Shown piece after piece: positions 40,111-50,429 of a DNA stretch of 64,000 nucleotides (its first letter is position 1; every line of letters starts with the position of its first letter). The stretch is taken from NCBI GenBank assembly GCA_963743045.1, contig CAVUOF010000017.1, forward strand, positions 82,595-146,594. The letters are read 5' to 3'. The DNA comes from an uncultured Acidobacteriota bacterium. GTDB taxonomy: Bacteria; Acidobacteriota; Blastocatellia; RBC074. A program made the translations under genes and the position numbers. Under the pieces are notes generated by a model. The model was not told the DNA's origin. It did not search any database and worked only from the letters and a program-made list of their open reading frames with translations.

Positions 40111-42732
40111 ATGATGCGAACAACAACAAGAGTTTTGCTTATGAACTTCTGCCTGATCGCGGCCGCGAGCGGGGTTATGGCTCAGGAGCCGCGGCAGGAC
40201 CAACCGCCTGCCGCAGACGCGCAGCGCCCCGTGTTCACTCCTCCAACGCAGGAACCGCAACCTTACGATAAGGTCATCACCAAGGAAGCCAAGTCGAAGA
40301 AAGGCATCTTCACAGTGCATCAGGTGAAGGAGAAGTATTACTACGAGATTCCCAAGAACGAATTCAACAAGGAGTTTCTCTGGGTTACGCAGATCGCCCG
40401 GACAACGCTTGGCGTAGGTTACGGCGGGCAGGCGTTGGGAAATCGCGTCGTGCGATGGGAGCGCAATGGCAATAAGATGTTTCTGCGAAACGTTAACTAC
40501 AGCGTCGTCGCGGATCCCAGGAAGCCGATCTCGCAAGCAGTGCAGGCAGCCAATAACGACTCGATCCTGATGACCTTTCCGGTGGCCGCCTGGGGCCCGG
40601 ATGAGGCGGCGGTGATCGAGGTCTCACGGCTGTTCACGACCGATGTGTTCGAGTTCAGCGCGCGGCAGCGGTTGAACGCTACAACCCTGGACTCCTCGCG
40701 ATCCTACATTGAGCGCATCTCGACTTATCAGCAGAATATCGAGGCAGAAGCTTCACAAACTTATACTCGGATGGCAACGCCAGTCGGAATCACTACCACT
40801 CCTGCGCCCCTTGCTGGAGGTATGAGTCCGGGCAGCGCGACCGTGGTTCTGCACTTTAGTATGGTGAAGCTCCCCGAGAAACCTATGATGCCGCGCGTCT
40901 TTGACGAGCGCGTCGGCTACTTTACGGCGAGCCAGATGGACTACGGTCGAGACAATGAACAAAAAGCGCCCGAGCGGCACTACATTACCCGCTGGCGGCT
41001 GGAGAAGAAGGATCCCAGCGCCGAACTCTCTGAGCCTGTCAAACCGATCGTTTATTGGATTGATTCGGCGACGCCCACCAAGTGGATCCCGTACATGAAA
41101 CGTGGAGTGGAGAAGTGGCAGAAGGCTTTCGAGGCAGCGGGCTTCAAGAACGCGATCATCGCCAAGCTGGCCCCGACGCCGCAAGAAGACCCCGACTTCA
41201 GTCCTGAGGATGCGCGTTACTCGGTGATCCGCTGGCTCCCTTCGACCATTGAGAACGCTTCGGGCCCGCACATCCATGATCCGCGCACCGGCGAGATTCT
41301 TGATTCGGACATTCAGTTCTATCACAACGTCATGAACCTCCAGCGCGCATGGTACTTCCTGCAGGCCGGACCGCTCGACTTGCGTGCGCAGAGGCTGCCC
41401 TTGCCTGACGATCTGATGGGCACCCTCCTGGAGTTTGTAGTTGCGCACGAGGTCGGGCACACGTTGGGCTTCCAGCACAACATGAAGGCAAGCTCGACTT
41501 ACCCCCAAGAGAAAGTCCGCGACCGCGAGTGGGTACATAAGATGGGCCACACGCCGTCGATCATGGATTATTCGCGCTTCAACTACGTGGCGCAGCCCGA
41601 GGACAAAATCGATGCCGGCCGATCTTGTTCCGGGCATCGGACCCTACGACGTATGGGCAACGATGTGGGGCTACAAGCCGATCTCCGGCGCGCACACTCC
41701 GGACGATGAGAAATCGACGCTTGACCAGTGGGCGCGCGAACAGGACAAGACGCCGTGGTACCGATTCTCGACCGCGGGCGCCGCGGGCAGCGATCCCGGC
41801 GAGCTGACTGAAGCGGTCGGTGACGCGCGATGCGGTGAAATCAACCACGATGGGTATCAAGAATTTGCAACGCGTGGCCAAGATGCTGTTGGCGGCGACC
41901 ACCTCGAAGGAGGGCGAATCTTATGACGACCTGGACCAGCTGTATGGCAGAATGCTCGGTCAGTGGACGCTGGAGCTGAGCCACGTAGCCGCCATCGTCG
42001 GCGGATTCAACAGCCAGCAAAAACGCGTGGGGCAGGATGGGGTGCGGTTCACGCCGGTGGCGAAGGCTCGTCAGATGGAGGCGGTGAAGTTTCTCAACGA
42101 GAATGCATTCTCAACACCGACCTGGGCGCTCGACAAAGACATCCTGCGGAGAATCGAGCCGATCGGCGCGCTAAACCGGGTGCGCAACGCGCAGAACAGT
42201 GTGTTGAATAATCTTCTCTCAAGCGCACGCTTCGCGCGGCTCGTAGAACAGCAAGCGCTTGACGGCGAAGGCGCTTATCAACCAGCCGAATTCCTCGCCG
42301 ACGTTCGCAAGGGTATCTGGAGCGAACTCGACCGCGCCGCATGGGAAGACCAACGCTTATCGCCGCAATCTCCAGCGCGCATATCTCGATTTGGCAAACA
42401 GCAAACTCAACGGCCCAACACAGGTGCTGCCCGCTGGTCTTCCATCGGCGTTTGCAGCGTTCTCCATCACAAGCGGTGACGAACGAGGGTTCTATCGCGC
42501 CGAACTTCGCGCTCTGAATACATCGGTAGCTGGGGCGCTTGCGAGGACAACCGATCGAGCCACCCGCGTGCACCTGGAAGACGTGCGTGATCAGATAGTC
42601 AAGATTCTCGATCCCAAGTTCGCCTCGAGTAACGCAGCGGCGGCGGCGGTGCGACTGTTCGGCTTTGAGCAACTGGACTCTTTTTTGAGGGACCCTGATA
42701 CGTGTTGGACGGATTACATCATTCGGCCATAG
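40111..42732 (+). CDS. Secreted zinc-dependent met-zincin protease (DUF4953/DUF5117-type); three frame breaks (about 41612, 41825, 42342)
   Basis: Signal peptide, then the HEVGHTLGFQHN...SIMDY motif. ORFs 40111..41709, 41612..41926, 41820..42479 and 42259..42732 join as ..EDKID|ADLVPGIGPYDVWA.., ..TEAVGD|DAVKSTTMGIKNL.. and ..SELDRAA|KTNAYRRNLQRAYLDL.. Confidence 0.8.
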
Positions 42733-42837
42733 AAGGGCGGGCGGTATCCACGAAGTCTATCTAGACGGACAGTCACCTTGAACCGTCCAACGGAGCCACG
42801 TTCGGGTTCCTCATCGTCAGAGGCGGTAAATCAAAGA

Positions 42838-42918
42838 ATGCCCGAAGTCGCGGTCAAAAGCATCACGGTCTCTCAGAAGTACGTGCATCCCTCTACGGAA
42901 GCGATGGAAGGTGCGTGA
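42838..42918 (+). pseudogene. Probable C-terminal remnant of a tyrosine recombinase (phage-type integrase)
   Basis: The 26-codon ORF MPEVAVKSITVSQKYVHPSTEAMEGA* resembles the very common integrase end ..GHSSVTVSQRYVHPSPEAMERA, which contains the catalytic Tyr. Nothing upstream resembles the rest of an integrase. It lies 118 nt before tRNA-Leu. Confidence 0.4.
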
Positions 42919-43035
42919 GCGATTGGCCGCTCAATGCCTCAGAAGAAGAAACACGACAGTCACCCGCTACAGTATCCGTTGAATTGGCTGAGGTCTTGTC
43001 GGTGGTGATGAACTAAACTATTGTAAATACAAGCT

Positions 43036-43120
43036 GCCGGGGTGGTGGAATCGGTAGACACAGAGGACTTAAAATCCTCTTCCTCAAAAGGGAGTGCGGG
43101 TTCGAGTCCCGCCCTCGGCA
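43036..43120 (+). tRNA. tRNA-Leu: tRNA-Leu (anticodon UAA), class II with a long variable arm; CCA not encoded
   Basis: GCCGGGGTGGTGGAATCGGTAGACAC... The anticodon stem-loop is gagga-cuUAAaa-uccuc. The T-arm is gcggg-ttcgagt-cccgc. The 7-bp acceptor stem has one G-U pair, and the discriminator is A. Confidence 0.9.
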
Positions 43121-43230
43121 CTATGCGCGCCATCCGTAGTTGATCTCTCCCAACTAGCGGACTGTAACAGTGAGATCACGACCTCAAGTCGGACTTCGCC
43201 CACGTAAAACCACCCGATCCGGCCACGCAG

Positions 43231-43427
43231 GCGCGCCAACGGCGCGACCTAAGACAGCCCAGGGCGAAGCCCTGGGTATTCGCCAGCTATCACGCGCAGC
43301 CCCAACGGGGCGGCGTTTCGAGCATTGACTCTAGTCCCAACGGCGCCCCGTTGGGGCTTGGTCGCAGGTTCGGCTACGAACCCGGGGCTACGCCCCGGGC
43401 TATTTCAGGTCGCGCCGTTGGCGCGCC
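43231..43427. mobile_element. Repeat family A, full inverted doublet (REPIN/MITE-like)
   Basis: The left arm gcgcgccaacggcgcgacctaagacagcccagggcgaagccctggg faces the right arm cccggggctacgccccgggctatttcaggtcgcgccgttggcgcgcc. The internal pair is gcagccccaacgggg / ccccgttggggct. Confidence 0.8.
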
Positions 43428-43485
43428 AGTGGGTGCCGCTCGCTAGCGATTTCGCCAATACAGTCACTAGAAGCTGCGTTCGTGC

Positions 43486-45530
43486 TTACTTGCTGCTGAA
43501 CGCCGTCTCGTGGAAACACTGTTCGATCCACTCGATCCATCGTCGCTGCACGTCGCGCTGCCGCACGGGGTCGGTGGCGTTGTGGCCGGCGATTGGATAG
43601 GCGATGAACTTTGTCGGCACACCGTTGTCCCTGAGGGGCATGATACAGCTTGAACGATTGCGTAGGCGTGACGCGGAAATCCCGCGTGTTTGTCATTATT
43701 AACGTCGGCGTGCGCATCTTAGAGGCGGACATGATGGGCGACTGCTCCATATAGGCCTGCATTCGCTTTACGTCCGTCCAGGGCGAACCACCGAAAGCAG
43801 CGCCCCGCCGCACGTTCGCATCGCCAAGATCGTACTGATCCAACCAGTCCGTTACTGCCGCTCCCGCCACGGCTCCCCGCCAGCCCTGATAGTGTCCGAG
43901 CAACCAGGTGGTCATATATCCGCCATAGGACCATCCTGATACCGCGATCTCTGCCGGGTCGACAAAGCCGCGCGCCTTCAGCGCCTCAATGCCCGCCATT
44001 ACGTCCCGACCGGGGCCGGCCCCCGCGTCGTTTACGATGGCGTGCTGATAGGTATTGCCGATCTGATCGCTGCCCCGGTAGTTTGGCTGGAAGACCACCC
44101 AACCCTTCGCCGCCATCAACTGGGCTTGCGGCGCGAACGTTTCCAGCGACGCCGCAGTGGGACCGCCGTGGATGACGAGTACAAGCGGATACTTCCGGTT
44201 ACTCGAAAAATCAGGCGGATAGGTCACGATGCCGTTGTGGGTGAAGCCGTCCGTCTGCCATGAAATGACCTCCGTCCGTCCCAGTGCCAATGAAGCAACT
44301 TCAACGTTGAGGTCAGTCAATCGCTTAGGCGCTGCTGTCGGTGAGGGCATGTAAAACAGTTCAGCGGGCCGTTGCGGATCAGTCGCAATGAATGCGATCG
44401 CTCCTTCCTTGCCAACGGCAACATCGACCCAGAAGGCGGACGCAGGGCTAACCTGACCAACATCGAGCTTGCGTGCGGCTCCGTCAAGCGGTTGCAACCA
44501 GAGCGAAACGCGGCTGCCGTCGTTTGCGCCGACCAGCAAACTCTTGCCATCTGGCATCCAGATCGATCGCGCCGCGTTGCGGTCCAGAGGGCGAGTGATG
44601 CTGCGTCCGGCGCCGCCCGACGCAGACGCTACATGTATCTCGTTGACGCTGCCGGAGTCTCCGTCACGCGGCTGCCAGTACGCGATCTGCGCGCCGTCTG
44701 GCGAGAACGTTGGTTGGCCTTCAAGGCGATCGCTGCCGGTCAGGCCCCGCATTCGTCCGGTCGCGACATCCACTATTTGAATCGCCGCATCGCGCGCATC
44801 GCCGGAGTGCGGAGTCGACAGTCGGACCAGGGCGATAGATTTGCCATCGGGCGACCACGCCAGCGGAGAGGCCGGCGCTCCGGGAGGATGATTGATTGGA
44901 AGGCTCCACGAGCCCGAGGTCAGACGCCGCGCTTCACCGCCCGCCGCGGGAATCAGCCACGCGTGCGTCGGCAGCGCCTGTGACTGGATCAGGAAATCAT
45001 CGTTGCCGACCTCGAACGAATCATTGAAGCGCTCTGGCCCGGTCTTCTTCTCGGCTTCATCTTCGGTCGCATAAGCGATCGTTCGCCCATCGGGAGACCA
45101 GGCGAACTGCTGCACACCTTTTGGCGCGCTGGTGATGCGCCGCGCGTCGCCGCCATTCATCGGCATCACGAACGCCTGTGGATACGGCTGCTGGCCGTTT
45201 GAAAGCGCGACGTTGGACAGAAAAGCAAGGCTGTCGCCGCGCGGCGAAAACCTCGGATGGCTGATGCTCCGGCGGTCGTGAGTCAGGGTGCGCAAGCTGC
45301 CGCTCGCGATATCGACGAGCACCGGTATCCGCGTCGTAGCGGTTCTCTTCGTAGTTGGCGCGCGCCACGACGATGACGATCGCGCGGCCATCCGGAGAGA
45401 TCTGCGGATCCGAAATGCGCACGATACGCCCGAGATCATCTAATTGCATATGTCGCGGCTGTTGCGCCATGCCAACACCAACAAGAAGACTGATCGCAAC
45501 CACGCACGCTGCCAGAATCGTTCGTTTCAT
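43486..45530 (-). CDS. S9-family serine peptidase (acylaminoacyl-peptidase / prolyl oligopeptidase type: beta-propeller plus alpha/beta-hydrolase); two frame breaks (about 43635, about 45330)
   Basis: Signal peptide MKRTILAACVVAISLLVGVGMA. PD40-like repeats (FSPDG.., WSPDG..) and the catalytic GWSYGGYM nucleophile elbow are present. After ..FKLYHA the frame resumes as LRDNGVPTKFIAYPIAGHNATDP...ETAFSSK* if one base of the GGGG run at 43635-43638 is removed. Confidence 0.85.
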
Positions 45531-46123
45531 GAGTCACCCCTGTGTGCACCTTCTATTTCGAATTCGCCTGCCTCGCGCGCGATGGCGGGGAGCGTAGATG
45601 CTGGCGGGAACCCACTGGTCTCACAATCGAGCGCGATTTTAACATACGCTTATTGAACTCCCCACCCTGGTGAGAGGCGCAAGGCCCATACAGTCCGTAT
45701 TGGATAACGCTGACGAACCAGAGAAGAATGGTTGAAGGTTAGATTGCGATAGAAGCGTGATCGTCAGGGGTCAGCTTAATAGCCAACCGGCCCAACTTGA
45801 AACTATCGCAAGGCTGTAGGACTTTTCTGGCTGCAGGAAATGATCGCCGGACACAAACCTGTCTACGACTGTATCAAAGCATTTCCGAGACGCATTTCCG
45901 AGACCGATTTTACCCGCACCTCAAAAGGTTTGAGGTGCGGATCCGCATACTGCCTGGAGATGATGCGACCGAGTCAGTCTCAGCTTGCGACCGCATGCGT
46001 TTCGCATGCTCCTGTTCATTGAAGCATGCAAGAATTAGGTCGAGTACGCCCCATCAGGATGCTCCACTGCCCGGCGTCAACAGACTCATCTAATCACTCA
46101 ATTACTCGGGGCGAGACGAACCA

Positions 46124-46270
46124 TTATACGGTGCGTCTCCCCGAGATGAAGTTGATAATAAAGACCACGAGGGCTATAACCAGCAGCAGGTGAATGAAGC
46201 CGCCCGCAACGTGGGTTAGTAGACCAACGAGCCAGAGGACCAAAAGGATTGCAACTATCGTCCAGAGCAT
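46124..46270 (-). CDS. Small membrane protein (48 aa), Lmo0937-like
   Basis: Below the ORF-track size cut-off. My translation is MLWTIVAILLVLWLVGLLTHVAGGFIHLLLVIALVVFIINFISGRRTV*, preceded by GGAGGTG at an appropriate spacing. Confidence 0.6.
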   Translation of the reverse strand: MLWTIVAILLVLWLVGLLTHVAGGFIHLLLVIALVVFIINFISGRRTV

Positions 46271-46387
46271 AATCACCTCCGTGATTTCGTTTGCGGGCCT
46301 GACAGGTCCGCGTTAATCATCTTTCTCAACACAATTATCGAGAGCAATTGCCGTGCCTCACGTTCCGCGCCGGGTCTATTCAAGGAA

Positions 46388-46520
46388 GCAATTTGGAGTG
46401 CGGCGACCTGTCGCCGCTTTTAGTCACCTGCTGCTGCATTGGAGCTGAGAGGCCCTCTTCCTCGATAGATTCTGCAATAGATAACTAAAAGCGGCGACAG
46501 GTCGCCGCACTCCAAATTGC
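46388..46520. mobile_element. Repeat family C doublet: perfect 37-bp inverted repeat separated by 59 bp
   Basis: gcaatttggagtgcggcgacctgtcgccgcttttagt (46388-46424) is the exact reverse complement of 46484-46520. Each arm also contains the gcggcgac-NN-gtcgccgc hairpin. Confidence 0.85.
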
Positions 46521-46573
46521 TCCCCTAGGTGGGCAATAGGATATTTTTCCCACAGGCTCCCTACGGAGGGCTA

Positions 46574-46616
46574 CCTGGGCTTCGCCCCAGGCTGTTTCAG
46601 GTCGCGCCTTGGCGCG
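46574..46616 (-). repeat. Repeat family A, solo arm
   Basis: cctgggcttcgccccaggctgtttcaggtcgcgccttggcgcg, about 40 nt downstream of the stop of the - strand MFS gene. Confidence 0.7.
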
Positions 46617-46657
46617 AGTAGCGAGCCACTGCATTCATGAAAGGCCAACCGCAACAT

Positions 46658-48046
46658 TCACGCCTCGGGAGCCGTAAGCTGCGCAGTAGTGTTGATGCTG
46701 GTGGCGATCTCGGGAATGATGCCCTTTCTGACGTAGATCGGTCGAACCTCCTTACGCAAGGCAGGCAAGGACTTCGCAAACCAAAGCGCACCAATGACGC
46801 AGCCCAATCCTCCCAATAACAACGTATGCGGAGCACCGATCTTCTCAGCTACGCTGCCCGCAAGCAGGCTTCCAAATGGCGCAGTTCCCATAAAGGCAGC
46901 CGTGTAGAAACTCATCACCCTTCCGCGTTTGTCCTCATCCACTATCGTCTGAAGGAGCGTGTTGCTCACAGCCATCTGAACCATGAATCCCAAACCGGTT
47001 ATCACCATGAGAATCAGGGAAAGCCATACGAAATGCGAGAGGGAGAACGCGATCAGGCCGGTACCGAAGACTCCTGCCATCAGGGGTATCAGTTTGCCCA
47101 ATCCCACTACGCTCGTTCTTGACGCGAGGTACAAGGCTCCGGTCAATGCACCAATACCTGATGCGGCCATCAGCCATCCGAGAGTATTGGGACCGCCGTG
47201 CAGAATCTGGTTGGCAAAGACTGGCATGAGGACCGTATAAGGCATTCCTACAAGGCTGACCAGTGCGAGGAGAATCAGAATGCTTCTCACCGGGGCAAAC
47301 CGGCTCGCATAGTTCCACCCATCCCGAAGCTGTGCCAATATGCCGGACTCGGTCTTCACCAGCGTTGGACGCCGTGCAATGGTCATCGCCAGCAGCGAGG
47401 CTATCACTGCCAGATAGCTTATACCGTCTATGATGAAGCACCAGCCCTCACCTACAGCGGCAATGATTATTCCGCCTATTGAAGGACCAAGCAGACGCGC
47501 CGCATTTACCATCGATGAATTGAGCGCGATGGCATTGGCGAGGTCCTCTCGCCTTTCTACCATCTCGATTACGAACGCCTGCCGCGCAGGCATATCGAAG
47601 GCATTAATCAGACCCTGAAGCAGGCTCAGCAGAATGACGTCGCGCATATTGATAAGGCCTGTCAGCGCGAGGATGCCAAGCGCAAGTGATTGCAGCATTG
47701 CCAGCACCTGCGTGACAACAAGCAGCCTGTGCCTGTTCCAGCGATCAACCAGAACACCTGCGAAAGGCGAAAGAAGAAAAGTCGGAATCTGCCCGGCAAA
47801 GCCAACCACACCCAGAAGCAGGGCCGAACCGGTCAGCTTATAGACAAGCCAGCTGGTTGCGATGCGGGTCATCCAGGTACCGATCAGTGAGATGCTCTGA
47901 CCCCCAAAGAACAGACGGTAGTTGCGATGCTTCAGCGCCCGCCACATCACCGAGATGCCCTGTGAGCTTGTTTTGCTTTTCAGGTTCACCGTCCTGGAAT
48001 TTGGCCCGGAAGTCTGCATCCTGTCACGGCTCCAAATGAGCTTCAT
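46658..48046 (-). CDS. MFS transporter (EntS/MFS_3-like)
   Basis: ..ALKHRNYRLFFGGQSISLIGTWMTRIATSWLVYKLTGS.. with about 12 TM helices. The true start may be an internal Met (48019 or 47947). Confidence 0.85.
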   Translation of the reverse strand: MKLIWSRDRMQTSGPNSRTVNLKSKTSSQGISVMWRALKHRNYRLFFGGQSISLIGTWMTRIATSWLVYKLTGSALLLGVVGFAGQIPTFLLSPFAGVLVDRWNRHRLLVVTQVLAMLQSLALGILALTGLINMRDVILLSLLQGLINAFDMPARQAFVIEMVERREDLANAIALNSSMVNAARLLGPSIGGIIIAAVGEGWCFIIDGISYLAVIASLLAMTIARRPTLVKTESGILAQLRDGWNYASRFAPVRSILILLALVSLVGMPYTVLMPVFANQILHGGPNTLGWLMAASGIGALTGALYLASRTSVVGLGKLIPLMAGVFGTGLIAFSLSHFVWLSLILMVITGLGFMVQMAVSNTLLQTIVDEDKRGRVMSFYTAAFMGTAPFGSLLAGSVAEKIGAPHTLLLGGLGCVIGALWFAKSLPALRKEVRPIYVRKGIIPEIATSINTTAQLTAPEA

Positions 48047-48309
48047 CTACATCGAGCAAACGCCGAGCCATACAGACCTAACCACCTGCTGATGCCCATT
48101 ATCAGTCTTCCCCGCGAACAGGTTAATGAAGAAATTTCGGGCGATCCGGAAGTACGTTCGCGCCTGAGACACCAGGGCGTCTCGGATTCTTACAAGGTGA
48201 TCTGAAGAAGGGCTGCACAGGTAGACCGGCAATTCCGAAAGAGAGTGGTTGCCAGGATAGGCAGGAGACCATTATTGTTCACTGATCGCGACTGAAGATC
48301 GCGGCGAAA

Positions 48310-48711
48310 ATGGCAAACGAGACTGCTACAGCCAAAGGAGTTCTGGAAAGGTTCAAAGACCAGAGGACAGTCCTTCTGACTACTTACAGGCGTGATGGAA
48401 GGCCGGTTGGAACTCCGGTAAACATCGCCGTCGAGGGCGATCACGCGTTCGTGAGAACGTGGGACACTTCCTGGAAGTTCAAGCGCATTCGCAACAATCC
48501 CGAAGTCGAGATTGCGCCGTCAACAGTGAGAGGCAAAGTCACAGGTCCGCCGATCAGAGCTCGTGCCCGCGTGCTCGCAGGCAATGAGGCGGCGCATGCC
48601 GCCCAGGTGATCGTACATAAGTATCCGATCCTGCACGGAGTCTTTGTACCTCTCAATCACCTGCTATTGAATCGGAAGACCGTATATTTTGAGCTTACGC
48701 GCATCCCGTAG
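48310..48711 (+). CDS. PPOX-class (pyridoxamine 5'-phosphate oxidase-like, probably F420/FMN-binding) small split-barrel protein
   Basis: ..QRTVLLTTYRRDGRPVGTPVNIAVEGDHAFVRTWDTSWKFKRIRNNPEVEIAP.. The last three sense codons and the stop (atc ccg tag) lie inside repeat B copy 2. Confidence 0.7.
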   Translation: MANETATAKGVLERFKDQRTVLLTTYRRDGRPVGTPVNIAVEGDHAFVRTWDTSWKFKRIRNNPEVEIAPSTVRGKVTGPPIRARARVLAGNEAAHAAQVIVHKYPILHGVFVPLNHLLLNRKTVYFELTRIP

Positions 48712-48920
48712 GGATGACAGAGGTTAGCCAGGGGCAAGCGAAGCGCAGCCCCTGGAACGCCAGTCAACAAATGGTTGCGTCCTGAAGGGCCGCGCGATCT
48801 CTCGCGATTGGCCATCCGATTGGCATCTGGCGTCCCTTCAGGACGCGGTTCTTTCCCGTAGGGTTCCAGGGGCTGCGCTTCGCTTGCCCCTGGCTACCTT
48901 CTCGCATCCCTACGGGATGC
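48701..48920. mobile_element. Repeat family B MITE-like element, copy 2
   Basis: The left arm gcatcccgtagggatgacagaggttagccaggggcaagcgaagcgcagcccctggaa faces the right arm ttccaggggctgcgcttcgcttgcccctggctaccttctcgcatccctacgggatgc. The interior is collinear with copy 1. Confidence 0.8.
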
Positions 48921-48980
48921 CCGGAGTGAATCGGCGACGATATTCGAGACATTTGCTTGCCGTCTGACTGAGACGCCGCA

Positions 48981-49806
48981 CTAGGAGCTTGCCTGTTCAG
49001 CGGAGGCTGCACTGAGCCGCTCATGAAGCCATGACTGCCAGCGGGCCTCCTCACTCCTGACGACTTCAGTCCCTCGCTCACCGTAACAGTAGAGGCTCAG
49101 TTGCACGTAACCCCGGTCGCCGGCATCGACAATGATCAGCGAAATGATTGCCGGGAAAGGTTGATCCACCAGCGCCAGCGCATAAAGATGATCGTTGCTC
49201 TCTCCGATTCTGCGAATCTTCCCTGATACCGACGGCGTGCCAGACGGAGTTTTCCACGAATCGCCGTCCTTGCCCGCAGTGAAATCCCAGGCCCTCAATC
49301 ATCGAGTCCCACGCCTCGGACTTGCTCTGAGATGAGACCTCCACCAGCTGAATGTTGGAGCACGCCTGGCCGCGAAAATGCGCAACGTACAAGCGCAGAG
49401 TCTCGAAGAAGACAGGCCAACCCGACTCGATGCTCTCCAACTGGTTATCCCACTCATCGCTATCCGTGAAGAGACTGTGAACTACACGCACCGTGCAGAT
49501 GCCACCGGACCGCGCCTCAACGTGCCACTCGGTAGCGAGAGCAGGTGCGCCCGGCCCAAGACCGTCGCTTTCGGCAGAGAATCTCCGGGGCGGCTCCCAA
49601 TCAGTGATTGTCGCTTGCCCTTCCATTCCCGGACCGAAGTTCGACGTCACAACGCCGCCCTGCTGCTCAGTGATTTCCGTAGGCACAAACCACGACGAGA
49701 CACCACGCCCGGTGGCGATCGCCTGCCAGACCTCTTCGGGAGTCCCGGGCACCTCGACTTCGACTTCGATGGACCTGCGGCCGGATTTGTCGACTTTGAC
49801 GCTCAT
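48981..49806 (-). CDS. SRPBCC / AHSA1-like (Activator of Hsp90 ATPase homologue 1-like) protein; one frame break near 49277-49283
   Basis: ORF 49078..49806 (..PEEVWQAIATGRGVSSWFVPTEI..) continues after ..AWDSMIEGLGF as TAGKDGDSWKTPSG... in ORF 48981..49298. There is a 4-nt ATGA overlap with the upstream ArsR-type gene. Confidence 0.7.
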
Positions 49807-50429
49807 GTTTTCTCCTCGGTATGGGATTGGTTCGATTGTGGATGCGCCACGATGACCAGCCGGTGCGCTCGACCTCCAGGTGCTGATGCGTCGTGATAGC
49901 GCCCAGCCAGCTGGGTGACTGCTCTGATGAGATCACTGCTGAAGGCCGCCCGGTCGGCAGCGGAACGGAAGCGAATGACAGTGTCCATGGAGAGGGTGGC
50001 CAAACGTTTATCCATCTTCTCAGACCGGCCAAGCAGCGCTTTGACCTCGTGTACGACACGAGCTGCAAGCGCGATGAGATAGGCGGCTGAGAGCCGATCA
50101 GTATCTCGATCCGGATCGGCGGCGACGGCCCCCATGGCAACCGGTGAGACCAGATATGATGCGGCCGTCGCGACCAGGCGCCGTTCGATGAGACCTCCCC
50201 ACTGGCGCGTTTCGGCGACATTTACGAGGTTATGGGCCTCGAGGGCTCGAAGGTGGTAATTGATCTTCTGACGGGGTACGCCGAGTCGTGCGGCGAGCTC
50301 GGCTGCCGAAGCAGGCGTAGCCAGTTCTGCGAGGAGCCGGCTCCGCACCGGCTCGAGCGCGACCATGGCGGCATTGGGATCGTCGATGACTTCGAGCGCC
50401 TGCACGCCAGTGACTCTACGCCTTGACAA
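49803..50429 (-). CDS. ArsR/SmtB-family winged-helix transcriptional regulator
   Basis: ..ALEPVRSRLLAELATPASAAELAARLGVPRQKINYHLRALEAHNLV.. The ORF-track TTG start (50429) sits inside the operator palindrome. The in-frame GTG at 50405 is the more likely start. Confidence 0.75.
   Translation of the reverse strand: MSRRRVTGVQALEVIDDPNAAMVALEPVRSRLLAELATPASAAELAARLGVPRQKINYHLRALEAHNLVNVAETRQWGGLIERRLVATAASYLVSPVAMGAVAADPDRDTDRLSAAYLIALAARVVHEVKALLGRSEKMDKRLATLSMDTVIRFRSAADRAAFSSDLIRAVTQLAGRYHDASAPGGRAHRLVIVAHPQSNQSHTEEKT

Noticed and set aside
39805-40536. 243-aa - strand ORF whose C-terminal tail (..SIAKRTTAYRNLKRRALAASNSSFARRSLPQ..) faintly resembles the HTH of IS481/IS3-type transposases, within the AT-richer gap 39667-40110
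   Set aside because: Most of the ORF is antisense to the met-zincin gene. The resemblance covers about 30 residues, is gapped and has no supporting inverted repeats. It is too weak to call even a remnant without a database search.
45797-46093. 98-aa ORF in the 45.5-46.1 kb gap
   Set aside because: It has no ribosome-binding site and no recognisable motif, shows an odd composition (Cys/Arg-rich), and spans the tandem 13-mer and the hairpins. It is treated as non-coding.
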